A stretch of DNA of 64,000 nt from Longimicrobiales bacterium. GTDB taxonomy: Bacteria; Gemmatimonadota; Gemmatimonadetes; Longimicrobiales; Gaopeijiaceae. How positions within the stretch are numbered: the first letter of the stretch is position 1; every line of letters starts with the position of its first letter. Below the pieces are notes generated by a model. That model did not search any database, was not told the DNA's origin, and was given only the letters and a program-made list of their open reading frames with translations. This document shows, piece after piece, positions 30,580 through 40,446 of this stretch. The DNA is taken from assembly GCA_965238005.1 (NCBI GenBank), contig OZ250165.1, positions 2,720,001 through 2,784,000 of the forward strand. The letters are read 5' to 3'. The position numbers and the translations under genes were made by a program.

Positions 30580-31342
30580 GCCGGTGCAGTTCGACGATCC
30601 AGCGCACGAGATTCGTATAGGCTTGCTGCCAGAACGGTTCGCGGCTCTTGCCGAAGAGCTGGTTGATCAGGGAGGCGACGCTGTAGGCGAGCGAGTAGGT
30701 ATCGAGGAGGGGATCGTCGAGCGGGTTCCACTGCCAGGCGCCGTCGAGCCCGATCTCCACGTAGTCGTCCCCGCGCCCGGCGTCCCCGAGGATCCGGCGC
30801 ACCGCGTGGCAGAAGTCGCCCTTGACCTCGAGCACCAAGGCGCTGGCCCGGCGTGCGGGCCGGTCGGCCTGCCACGAGAGGAGCTGCTGGGCGAACGGAT
30901 ACATGCAGGCCGAGGTCTTGCCGGAGCCGACGGCGCCGACGATCAGGATGCCGGTGTAGAGCCCCGTCTCGGGAACGACGAGCCAGGAGGGCCGCTCGCT
31001 CTCGCGCGGGACGACGGGATGGTGGAGCTCGCCGATCACCAGCGATGGTGTCTCGTCCTCGGGCGAGGCGGGCCAGGGTGGCAACGTGCCCCGGCGCCCT
31101 CCTCCCGCTCGTGGCTGGAGCCAGACTCTCCAGACCGAGAGGCCGAGGCTGCCGAAGAGCACCACGGCGACGGCGGGCGCCACGTAGTACCAGACGCGGA
31201 TCACCGTGTGGAAGCCCGGATCGTGGTAGGCGATGAGGTCGAGCACGGGATTACCGCCGCTGGCGGGAAACGGCGCCCAGAAGGCGTGGGCGATCGCGGC
31301 CGCGGCGGCGGCGCCAGCCAGGATCAGCGCGGGCCGCCTCAT
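30580..31342 (-). CDS. virD4: VirD4/TraD-like coupling protein, N-terminal part
   Basis: Two TM segments, GAVGSGKT Walker A, LEVKGD, WNPL; ends WIVELHR at the core. Confidence 0.88.
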
Positions 31343-31528
31343 CGCTGTGACAACCTTCCCGTAGGGCTGCATGGTAGGATATTACCATTATGTCCAGCCA
31401 AGGCCCGTAACGCACATAACTGACGTGTTTATATTGACCTATAACGATACATGAGGATATGTCCTGTCCCATGCCGCTCCGCTCCATCCCCTTGCATCCA
31501 CCATATGATGGTGGATATATTGGCGGGT

Positions 31529-32752
31529 ATGGCACTCCCCAACCGACCTCCGCAACGCAAGCCGCGCGGCCAACATCCCCACAACGCGCTCACGCCCGCC
31601 TTCGTCCGCAACGTGAGCCAGGCCGGACGATATTGCGACGGCCAGGGCCTCTATCTCGATGTCCGGCCCACGGGTAGCCGGGGCTGGGTGCAGCGCCTCA
31701 CGATCCGGGGCCGCCGAACCGAGCTCGGGCTCGGCGGATTCCCCCTCGTCTCGCTGAAGGAAGCGCGCGAGAAGGCGTTCGCGAACCGGAAGCTGGCCCG
31801 CGACGGTGGTGACCTCCTGGCCGAGAAGCGGCGGGCCGAGTCGATGCCCACCTTCGCGGAGGCGGCGCGGCAGGTCTGGAACCAGCTGCGGCCGGGCTGG
31901 CGCTCCCCTCAGCATGCGCAGCTCTGGCTGAAGAGCCTGGAGCGCTACGCCATCCCCCGCATCGGGGAGATGCCGATATCGGAGGTGACGAGCGCCGACG
32001 TGATCGGGATTCTCGCTCCGATCTGGCACGACATGCCGCCCACCGCCCGGAAGTTGCGCCAGCGCATCCGCGCGGTCATGGAGTGGGCCGTGGCGATGGA
32101 TCTCAGGCCCGACAACCCATGCGACCGGATCGGTCCTGTCCTCGGAGCGCAGGGGGGGCTTGTTCGGCACATGCGGGCGTTGCCGCACCGCGACGTGGCG
32201 TCCGCGATCGAGACGGTGCGGGCGTCGAACGCGCGGCCGGTCGTCAAGCTGGCCTTCGAGTTGCTGGTGCTGACGGCCGTACGCTCCGGCGAGGTCCGGG
32301 GGGCGGTGTGGCCGGAGATCGACCGGGACGCAGGCGTGTGGACCATCCCGGCGCTGCGCACGAAGGGGAACCGCGAGCACCGGGTCCCGCTATGCCGCCG
32401 TGCGTTGGAGATCCTCGAGGAAGCGCGGATGCTCGGTCGCGGCGGCCCGCTCGTGTTTCCGGGGGCGCGCGGAAAGCCATTCGCGAGCACGGCGCTGTCG
32501 GAACTGCTCGGGGAGTTGAAGGTCGCGGCCGTGCCGCACGGCTTTCGGTCGAGCTTTCGCTACTGGGCGGCCGAAGAGACGGACCACCCTCGCGAGGTGG
32601 CCGAGGCGGCGCTGGCGCACAAGGTCCGCAACCAGATCGAGGCGGCGTACCGGCGTTCGGACCTGTTCGAGCGCCGACGCCGACTCATGGACGATTGGGC
32701 CGCGTATCTGTCCGGCGAGCGTCGAGATCCGGAGGCCGGACCGGTTCGCTGA
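31529..32752 (+). CDS. int: P4-like integrase of E3
   Basis: YCDGQGLYL, LTAVRSGE, HGFRSSF, LAH, AY. Confidence 0.95.
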   Translation: MALPNRPPQRKPRGQHPHNALTPAFVRNVSQAGRYCDGQGLYLDVRPTGSRGWVQRLTIRGRRTELGLGGFPLVSLKEAREKAFANRKLARDGGDLLAEKRRAESMPTFAEAARQVWNQLRPGWRSPQHAQLWLKSLERYAIPRIGEMPISEVTSADVIGILAPIWHDMPPTARKLRQRIRAVMEWAVAMDLRPDNPCDRIGPVLGAQGGLVRHMRALPHRDVASAIETVRASNARPVVKLAFELLVLTAVRSGEVRGAVWPEIDRDAGVWTIPALRTKGNREHRVPLCRRALEILEEARMLGRGGPLVFPGARGKPFASTALSELLGELKVAAVPHGFRSSFRYWAAEETDHPREVAEAALAHKVRNQIEAAYRRSDLFERRRRLMDDWAAYLSGERRDPEAGPVR

Positions 32753-32779
32753 GGCGCTGGCTCATGACCGGTTACCTGT

Positions 32780-32910
32780 CATGAGCCAGCATACCCTTTG
32801 TACCCACAAAGGGGCTGGCGAGGGGGGCGCTCCGCCCCCCCTTCGATCCCCCTGAGGCCCGCGCTCCGGCAGAGTTCACGGGCAGGGAGCGAGCCCCCCC
32901 GAACCCCCCT
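32780..32910 (-). other. oriT-like site (variant CTGGCTCA) downstream of the E3 integrase
   Basis: tgagccag at 32782-32789; hairpin ccctttgt/acaaaggg at 32794-32813; same GC-rich tail as the other copies. Confidence 0.6.
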
Positions 32911-32959
32911 GCCAGTGCGCTGATAGCTGATTGCCGCATCGCCACCGCTTCCTTCCCGG

Positions 32960-33914
32960 CCTCGAGAAGCTTCATGTTCTCGCGGTTGTAATTCGTGACC
33001 TTGAACCGCACGCTGCCGACGCCAGCTAGCATCAGACCAGCTTTGAGCAGGAAGTCCTGGGAGAATCTGAAACCGTCCCCGATGCGGTTAATGTTGCCAA
33101 CGGTTCCGTGAATCGCCTCGCGGGCGTCCAAGTTCTCCCACTGCGCCGTGGCCATGCTCATGAGCATGTCGGAATAGCTCAGCGTCGTTCCGCCACTGTT
33201 CGTGCGGATGAAGATGTCCAGAACTTTGTCGAGATCCTGGCTCTCCTCCTCGTAGTATACGATGACCGGCTCCGTGTGTACGACCTTGTGGAGCCCAGCA
33301 AGAACCCTGAGCGGACCACGTCTATTGGCAAGTTCCCTGTCGAGGAGAAAGTCGTGTAGATCCACAGTGTCCCGGGCGTCGAGGATCTCGCCGACTTGGT
33401 ACCAGTAGTGGGTCTCATCCCGGTGTCTAGCGTCCTTTTCCCTCAGGAAACGGAAGTCGTACCGCATGCCTGCCTCATTCTCGTCCGCCTCGGCGAGGAT
33501 GTTGAGGTACAGATGCCGCGTGGGAAACGCGTCCTGGCTTCTCCACCACAGGCGCGGCAGCTTGTAGGCGTAGCTCCCACGCAGGCCGATGTTCAACGCG
33601 GTGAGTCGCTGCTGGCCGTCGAGCACCGCCGTGATCTCGTCCCGGCTGACCGCACCGAGGGACCCACAGTGAGGATTGTCCCTCTGATGGTAGCGGAGCA
33701 TGAAGTCGTAGAACTTGTACTGTTCGATGCTTCCGCGCCTGACGATCCAGAACAGGAACGAGCCTATCGGGTAACCCCGCATGAGGCTGTCGAAAAGACG
33801 TTCGATCTGGTTGGGCTGCCAGACGAACTGCCGCTGGATCGCGGGCAGGACGTACTCTCGCCGTTCGATGGCTCCGAGTGCCTTGCTAGTCGTGATTGGG
33901 GTCTGAAACGCCAT
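32960..33914 (-). pseudogene. DUF262 (ParB-like, GmrS-type) protein, 3'-truncated
   Basis: LPAIQRQFVW, LDGQQRLT, IFIRTNSGG; the ORF runs into the oriT module and the usual C-terminal part is absent. Confidence 0.85.
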
Positions 33915-34067
33915 GCCTGCATAGCTTCCTGGCGAGCGTGTTCGGTGACGCGACAGTCACCAAGGGGAGAGCACGGCGGAAGTTGCCAGTGTTCGATGGA
34001 GAGCTGACTGGTGCTTGGAACTCCGCCGTGAGAGTTTCCATGCCAATTATACTACTGATACGAGTTC

Positions 34068-34952
34068 CTATTTGGTCAACGACAGGAAGTAGGTCTGGCC
34101 TGTGTGTACAGAAGAACTGATATAGGAATTGTCTTCTCCGCCGAGCAGTGCTACTAACAATCGGCAGACGAAAGCACTCATCTCAAATGTAATGTCCACG
34201 CCAGTGCCGGCCCCGTACACGTCGAAACCAAGCGGTTCGTCCCCGAATAGAGCTTCGTGTAGTGCGTTGTTGCGAAGAGCTGATACCACCGTACCGCTTG
34301 CGCTAGTGGCCTGGGCCCACGATGGATTTGTTACGCCGAATTCACGGCACATCCACCCGATTCGTTCGTAGTGCTTGTGTCTGTCCTTCGGACGTCGTAG
34401 GGATTTGGCTAGGGCGTAACAGGCGTCTATCGCTGTATAGAGATAGATAAACCTTTCAAATTGCAGCGCTTGTGAGTATCGGCCCAAGAACAGTGCATGA
34501 ATTGCTGCCTTGAGTCGTTGCGCATTGCGCGGCTGTCTGCGGTTCGTCCTCCAGAAACGCTCGGTCAGCTCGATTGCCCGCACACGGTTCTTATCACCAG
34601 ACAGATCGAAGTCTATGAGTTTGCGTAGCTCAATAGGAGTGGCGTCTAGGAATCCTCTCTCAGTTGTCGTCAGCCGCATGCCGAGAAAGAAAGACAAAGT
34701 CCAAATGTGAAAGTCGAGATGATCTTCGCCCGTGGCCTTTGCGTGTTCTAACACATGGGTCTTTGGCAAGCCAAACACGCGGGCACCGTATCGGTGAGAT
34801 GGCACATATAGCCAGCCGTTCTCGATCCCGTCGTAGGAAGCAACCTCTTTGACAGCCTTGTCGAAATCGGGGAGGGATCGAACCTTGATCGGGCCTGCGT
34901 CGACTTCGAGAGGCTCTGGATAGAACCCGAACTCCATCTCGATCTTACTCAC
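34068..34952 (-). CDS. HEPN-like (ApeA-type) hypothetical protein
   Basis: ERFIYLYTAID and LRNNALHE (RxxxxH); lower GC. Confidence 0.65.
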   Translation of the reverse strand: MSKIEMEFGFYPEPLEVDAGPIKVRSLPDFDKAVKEVASYDGIENGWLYVPSHRYGARVFGLPKTHVLEHAKATGEDHLDFHIWTLSFFLGMRLTTTERGFLDATPIELRKLIDFDLSGDKNRVRAIELTERFWRTNRRQPRNAQRLKAAIHALFLGRYSQALQFERFIYLYTAIDACYALAKSLRRPKDRHKHYERIGWMCREFGVTNPSWAQATSASGTVVSALRNNALHEALFGDEPLGFDVYGAGTGVDITFEMSAFVCRLLVALLGGEDNSYISSSVHTGQTYFLSLTK

Positions 34953-35679
34953 GAGCTATCACCCTGTAGTCTCTCTCGCAGTCCAGTCCCAATTCTCTGT
35001 ACGAGAATTCGACTTGATCAATACCGTCTTCCGGGTAGCTCTCAGCGGACCCTGGGCCGGGGTCCGGCGCCTGCGGTGCTCCCAGGAGCCAGCCACCGCC
35101 AGCCGCGTGGAGTGCCGCCCAAGGGTCCCTCTTCTTGACGACATCATGCCCACGACCTCGGCGCCCATGTGATCGAGCCACTGTACGACCGTCGCGGCGG
35201 CCTTGCCGCTGTCCTAGACGGCTCCGGGTCCGTCCTTCAGCGCCGGACCGTAAAGGCAGCCGGTCCCGTTGGGCCTGAGATCGAGGGGATTCGAGTCGAA
35301 AGATGCGGCGCGAATACTCCGTCCGAAATGAGACGGGGTGCTGCGCCTTCTGGGCCGACGCACCACCCCGCCGATGCCGTTTGAGATCAGAGCCTATTCC
35401 CGGAATTGCACCGGTGCAAGGTAGGCCGGGCCTTCTTGGGAGCTTGGCCCCGGATGGTTGGCGAATCGTTGCTGCCCAGATGCCGAAGCGCCTCTGCGTC
35501 CGAAGCTCGTCCGCTTACTACCCAGCAACCGACCTGGCCACCGCCGCTTTACGTGGCATCAAACGTCCTGCCCGACGGGGCCTCCCTGATCTGGCGACCA
35601 GCCAAAAACACCTTTGAGGCTATGGCCTCCAAGCTGATCACCCCCTCCATAGTCAGAGGTTCAAAGACACGCTCACACA

Positions 35680-35874
35680 TCAAGTGTGCGCGTAGTACTC
35701 CAGTACCCACTCACCGGTATCCGGGTCCTGCTCCATCATGTACTTGAGCTCACGCTTGCTTCGGGTGTTGGGATCGACGCTCCAATGCTTGAGGGTCCCG
35801 TCCCGGAGCTCTAGGAAGCGCTCTGCACATTCACCTTTGTTGAGGCCGCGGACTTCACCATTGGTCCCGCCCAT
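35680..35874 (-). CDS. Small hypothetical protein
   Basis: 64-aa ORF with plausible composition and an upstream GGAAGG. Confidence 0.4.
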   Translation of the reverse strand: MGGTNGEVRGLNKGECAERFLELRDGTLKHWSVDPNTRSKRELKYMMEQDPDTGEWVLEYYAHT

Positions 35875-36140
35875 GCTGATCCCTTCCAGTAGCTGCCGCG
35901 AAGCGTCGGGCTGTAGGCCGGACGCGATCTGCTCCGGTTGTTGGCCGGGTGTAATTCTGCGCGTGACATTTGACTGCTACACCCAGCGGCTTGCCGTCCT
36001 GTAGAGCCAACCCTGCCAGCACGTTGATGATCCGCTGCTCTCTCAAATCGGCGGTCGATGGCCTTCCCGCTAGGGATCATTGGATCGGGAGCGACCCCAG
36101 GGGGCGGGGCCAGCGTGTGAAAACACACCTGGCCCCACGC

Positions 36141-36584
36141 CCGTACCAGGCCCTCGGCCTGGGGGGTCGCTCCCGTACCGGTCGGTGCTGCCCGGTTCGC
36201 CGCGCCGACCGACCAGCACCAGGCGTAACTGCATTAGCTACAATCGCATGAAGAGCCACGCCCGTGTGAATCGCTACCGGGGTAATCTGTGCATCGACCC
36301 CCCGGGTCGTTTTCACATCCCGGTCCAGGCATGACACGCAGGCAGGTCATCGGAAATGCGCCCCGGAGAGTCGCACCGTTTGCCAGGTGGTGCCGCAGTG
36401 GGATAGCTCCTGGCTTCTTCGTCATCAGTTGGTCTCTCCCCTTGGAAAAGAGTCCAAGGCCAACTTGCTCTTGAACCAGACCATCGCGGTGAACCCGGTC
36501 GTAGGCTTCGATGAGGCCAGAATCCGATTCAGACGTCCACAGCTTCGACGAGCGCCCCCGCTGGTCCAAGAGGGAGCTCGGGGT
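36141..36584 (-). repeat. ~450-bp non-coding dispersed repeat, copy 2
   Basis: Reverse complement of 1593-2043. Confidence 0.85.
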
Positions 36585-37156
36585 CGACGCTCGCATGGCG
36601 CCCGAATTCCGTCCGCTTGACACCCGTACGCCGAACAAACTCGTCGCCCGACGCTTGGGAACCTGCGCCGTCAAATCTCCATACCCATACATTGAGGAGC
36701 CCGCTTCGGGCAGTGTCAACAACGGGCAAAGACGCCATGTCCCTAGAGTTCCAGCGACGTATTCGAGGCGGACCCGCCTCCGCCAGCGGATGCTCGAACT
36801 CCTCCCGAAGGACCGCTTGAACCAGCGGTGGCCTCGATCGCGATCGGTCTATCTGGAGCAGTCCATCCATCGCAGCACGCTCCGGATCTTAGCCGAGCAT
36901 GACCGCGAAGCCCTGGCAACGGAACTGGCTGGCCCCCGAGGGTTGTCTACGATCCCGGCTGCTCCTCGGGCATGTTCGTCCATTGCAGACCGGGAATCTG
37001 TCGCGAACGAACTTGGACATAGGTGTGTAATCGTCATCGGTCGGCCAATGACGTTGGAAATCGTCGAGGTTATTCTGGCGGTCGGCTGGGTTCTACTCTC
37101 ACGACAGACAACACTTGCCGAGGGGGCTGGCCAAGTGGTAACGTATCAGTTACCCG

Positions 37157-37492
37157 ATGTCGATGATTGAGATCAGGGAATACATCGACACCGAAGGCCG
37201 TAGCCCGTACGCCAGATGGTTCAATCGGCTTGACGCCGAAGCTGCAGCCAAGGTGGCGACGGCGCTGGTCCGGATGGAGCAAGGCAACCTCTCCAACGCT
37301 AAGGCCGTGGGCGCCGGTGTCTTCGAACACCGGATAGACTTCGGCCCCGGCTACCGGGTCTATTTCGGCAAGGGCGCCGAGACCCGGATCATCCTCTTGG
37401 GTGGTGGGACCAAGAAGAGACAGCAACAGGATATCGAGACTGCCCACGACCTCTGGCAAGAATACAGGCGGCGCAAGCGACGGGAGACTTGA
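37157..37492 (+). CDS. RelE/HigB-like addiction module toxin
   Basis: GRSPYARWF, RIDFGPGYRVYF, LGGGTKKRQQQDI. Confidence 0.92.
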   Translation: MSMIEIREYIDTEGRSPYARWFNRLDAEAAAKVATALVRMEQGNLSNAKAVGAGVFEHRIDFGPGYRVYFGKGAETRIILLGGGTKKRQQQDIETAHDLWQEYRRRKRRET

Positions 37493-37497
37493 GAACC

Positions 37498-37815
37498 ATG
37501 TCCCTGACACGAAACTTCAAGGAAACGATTCAGGCGCGTATCGAGCGCGATCCTGCCTTCCGCGAGGAACTGCTCAAAGAGGGGGTGGAATGCTTGCTCG
37601 CCGGCGACGTGGACACCGGCAAGGCGGTACTGAGGGACTACATCAACGCCACCATCGGCTTTCAGGAGCTTGGTGCGTTGACCGCGAAGTCTCCGAAGAG
37701 CCTGATGCGTATGTTCGGCCCCAACGGCAACCCCCAGGCCCGGAACCTGTTTGAGATCATCGGTTACCTCCAGAAACGCGAGGGACTTCACCTGAGGATC
37801 CGCGCCGTTCGATAG
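37498..37815 (+). CDS. Addiction module antitoxin (HTH)
   Basis: DPAFREELL, LRDYINATIGF, KSLMRMFGPNGNP; follows the toxin. Confidence 0.9.
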   Translation: MSLTRNFKETIQARIERDPAFREELLKEGVECLLAGDVDTGKAVLRDYINATIGFQELGALTAKSPKSLMRMFGPNGNPQARNLFEIIGYLQKREGLHLRIRAVR

Positions 37816-37908
37816 GCACCGAGTTCGTGTAAACAGAGAGGATTGGGAGAAGGACACACAGGCAGTACCAAGCTCGCCTCACCGCACCGGGAAAGCGACC
37901 GAATCCCC

Positions 37909-40437
37909 ATGAACGAAGCGACCGCGCGGATCAAGCTCAACAAACTTCTCGAAGCCGCCGGCTGGCATTTCTTCGCCGACGGAGACTCGCCTGCCAATAT
38001 CTGCCTCGAACCAAATGTCACGATCAGAACGTCCGATCTCGACGCCCTGGGCAACGACTTCGAGAAGACATCCAAGGGCTACATCGACTTCCTGCTCCTC
38101 GACACCAAGGGATTTCCCTACATCGTCCTGGAAGCCAAGTCGGAGGACAAGAACCCGCTCGCCGGCAAGGAGCAGGCCCGCAAATACGCCCGCTCGCAGA
38201 ATTGCCGCTTCGTCATCCTGTCGAACGGCAACCTGCACTACTTCTGGGATCTGGAGCGAGGCAACCCTTCGATCATCACTGCGTTTCCGACGCCCGACTC
38301 GGTATCCGACTACCGGAAGGTCACGCCCAACCCGCAACGCCTGATCGAGGAACAGGTCGGCGACGACTATATCGTTCTTACTCACCGGCCGAATTATGCT
38401 TCTGAAGCGGCGTGGAAGAATGAAGCCGAGCGGCCAGGATTCGTCCAAGCTAGTAAATTGCGCTTTCTGCGAGCCTATCAGATCAAAGCGATCCATGCGT
38501 TACAGCGGGCGGTACAGGACGGAGACGATCGCTTCTTGTTCGAGATGGCGACAGGCACCGGAAAGACACTCACGGCCGCGGCCGTCATCAAGCTGTTCCT
38601 GCGCTCGGGCAATGCCAGCCGAGTGCTTTTCCTGGTCGACCGGCTGGAATTGGAAGATCAGGCGCATAAGGTCTTCATCGCGTTGCTTTCGGCGGACTTT
38701 CAGACGGTTGTCTATAAGGAGAACCGCAACGACTGGCATCGTGCCGAGATCGTCGTCACTACCGTTCAATCCCTGCTGTTCAACAACAAGTATCAGCGGC
38801 TCTTCTCTCCCACGGACTTCGATCTTGTCATTTCCGACGAAGCACACCGCTCAATCGGCGGGAACGCCCGCGCAGTGTTCGACTTCTTCGTGGGCTACAA
38901 GCTCGGGTTGACCGCGACGCCCCGTGACTATTTGAAGGGCACTGGCAAGACGCTCACCGCGACGCGTGACCCGCGTGAAGCCGAGAGGCGCCTCCTGCTC
39001 GACACCTACCGAACCTTTGGCTGCGAGAGTGGGCAACCCACCTTCCGCTACTCGCTGCTCGATGGCGTGAAAGACGGATTTCTGATCAACCCGACAGTGG
39101 TCGACGCGCGTACGGAGGTGACCACCCAGCTCCTATCCGAAGAGGGGTTTGTCGTTTCATTCATCGACGAAACGGGTGAAGACCAAGAGGAAGCCTACAA
39201 GCGACGCGAGTTTGAAAGGCGCTTTTACTCTGAGGCTACCAACCAGCTTTTCTGCAAGACCTTCCTTGAGAACGCGCTACGTGACCCGATCAGCGGGGAA
39301 ATCGGAAAGTCCATCGTCTTTGCTGTCAGCCAGCGCCACGCGGCCAAGCTCGCGCAGGTCTTCAACCAGATCGCTGATCGGATGTTTCCCGGCAAGTACC
39401 GCTCCGACTTCGCCGTGCAGGTGACCTCGCAGATCGCAGATGCCCAGAAATTCACCGTCAACTTCGCCAACAACAACCTGCTGGGCTCAGCCAACTTCCG
39501 GCCCGGCTACCGGACCAGCAAGGCTCGTGTCTGCGTCACGGTGGGCATGATGACCACCGGGTATGACTGCACCGACATCCTGAATCTTGGCCTGTTCCGC
39601 CCCATCTTCTCGCCCACCGATTTCGTCCAGATCAAGGGGCGCGGCACCCGCAGGCACGACTTCCGGGACGAGCTTCTCGGTGACAGCCTCAAGGACAGCG
39701 TCACCGATGCGCAGAAGACCGCGTTCAAGCTCTTCGATTTCTTCGGCAACTGCGAGTATTTCGAGACCGAGTTCAACTACGACGAGGTGCTGAAGCTACC
39801 CCGGCCCCAAGCGAGTAGCGGCGGGGAGGACATCGGACCGACTGAGTTCGCGGGCTCTTACGAACACCTCGGGGCCGACATCATCGCCTCCGTACGCGAA
39901 GAGACCATCGACTACGAAGGGATGAAGATCGACCGGATGCTCTTCGAGAAGTTCGAGGACACCGTGCGCAGAGATGAGACCATCGCCGATGCAGTGATGG
40001 CCGGCCAGTGGGATCGCGTCATCGATTACGTCAACCGAGAGGTCTTCGACAAACCGGAGGAGTACTACACCCTCAAGAAGCTGCGCCAAGCCACGTATGT
40101 GAACCGCCGCATTACCTTGCGTGAGATTCTGGAAAAGATATTCGGCCTCATTCCCGATTTCAAATCCAAGGATGAGCTATTGGAAGAGGAATTCGCGAAG
40201 TTCGTGGTGGATTACAAACCCGACGAGGCCGCCGCCATCCCGGCCATCAAGAGCTACTTCAAAGCCTATGCCACCAGCGACCAGGTGCGCCATATTGTCG
40301 ATAGCAAGCGTTTCGCAGACCTTGCCACCAACCCGTCCTTTTCCACCGGCGATTTCCGCGCCGTACCGTACAAGTACCGCAACCTCATTCCGGAATACAT
40401 CAAGGACTACGTTTCCTTGAACCAATTTGCCGCGTAG
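37909..40437 (+). CDS. hsdR: Type I restriction enzyme R subunit
   Basis: DFLL...LEAK nuclease, MATGTGKT, DEAH, LTATP, QIKGRGTR. Confidence 0.93.
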   Translation: MNEATARIKLNKLLEAAGWHFFADGDSPANICLEPNVTIRTSDLDALGNDFEKTSKGYIDFLLLDTKGFPYIVLEAKSEDKNPLAGKEQARKYARSQNCRFVILSNGNLHYFWDLERGNPSIITAFPTPDSVSDYRKVTPNPQRLIEEQVGDDYIVLTHRPNYASEAAWKNEAERPGFVQASKLRFLRAYQIKAIHALQRAVQDGDDRFLFEMATGTGKTLTAAAVIKLFLRSGNASRVLFLVDRLELEDQAHKVFIALLSADFQTVVYKENRNDWHRAEIVVTTVQSLLFNNKYQRLFSPTDFDLVISDEAHRSIGGNARAVFDFFVGYKLGLTATPRDYLKGTGKTLTATRDPREAERRLLLDTYRTFGCESGQPTFRYSLLDGVKDGFLINPTVVDARTEVTTQLLSEEGFVVSFIDETGEDQEEAYKRREFERRFYSEATNQLFCKTFLENALRDPISGEIGKSIVFAVSQRHAAKLAQVFNQIADRMFPGKYRSDFAVQVTSQIADAQKFTVNFANNNLLGSANFRPGYRTSKARVCVTVGMMTTGYDCTDILNLGLFRPIFSPTDFVQIKGRGTRRHDFRDELLGDSLKDSVTDAQKTAFKLFDFFGNCEYFETEFNYDEVLKLPRPQASSGGEDIGPTEFAGSYEHLGADIIASVREETIDYEGMKIDRMLFEKFEDTVRRDETIADAVMAGQWDRVIDYVNREVFDKPEEYYTLKKLRQATYVNRRITLREILEKIFGLIPDFKSKDELLEEEFAKFVVDYKPDEAAAIPAIKSYFKAYATSDQVRHIVDSKRFADLATNPSFSTGDFRAVPYKYRNLIPEYIKDYVSLNQFAA

Positions 40438-40446
40438 AGCTTATTC

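Larger units (their letters stand above)
16160..30588 (-). mobile_element. E2: 14.4-kb tyrosine-integrase element inserted in virD4
   Basis: 9-bp direct repeat GCCGGTGCA at 16160-16168 and 30580-30588; paired TGCCCC arm-like repeats at about 16233-16252 and 30441-30460. Confidence 0.92.
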
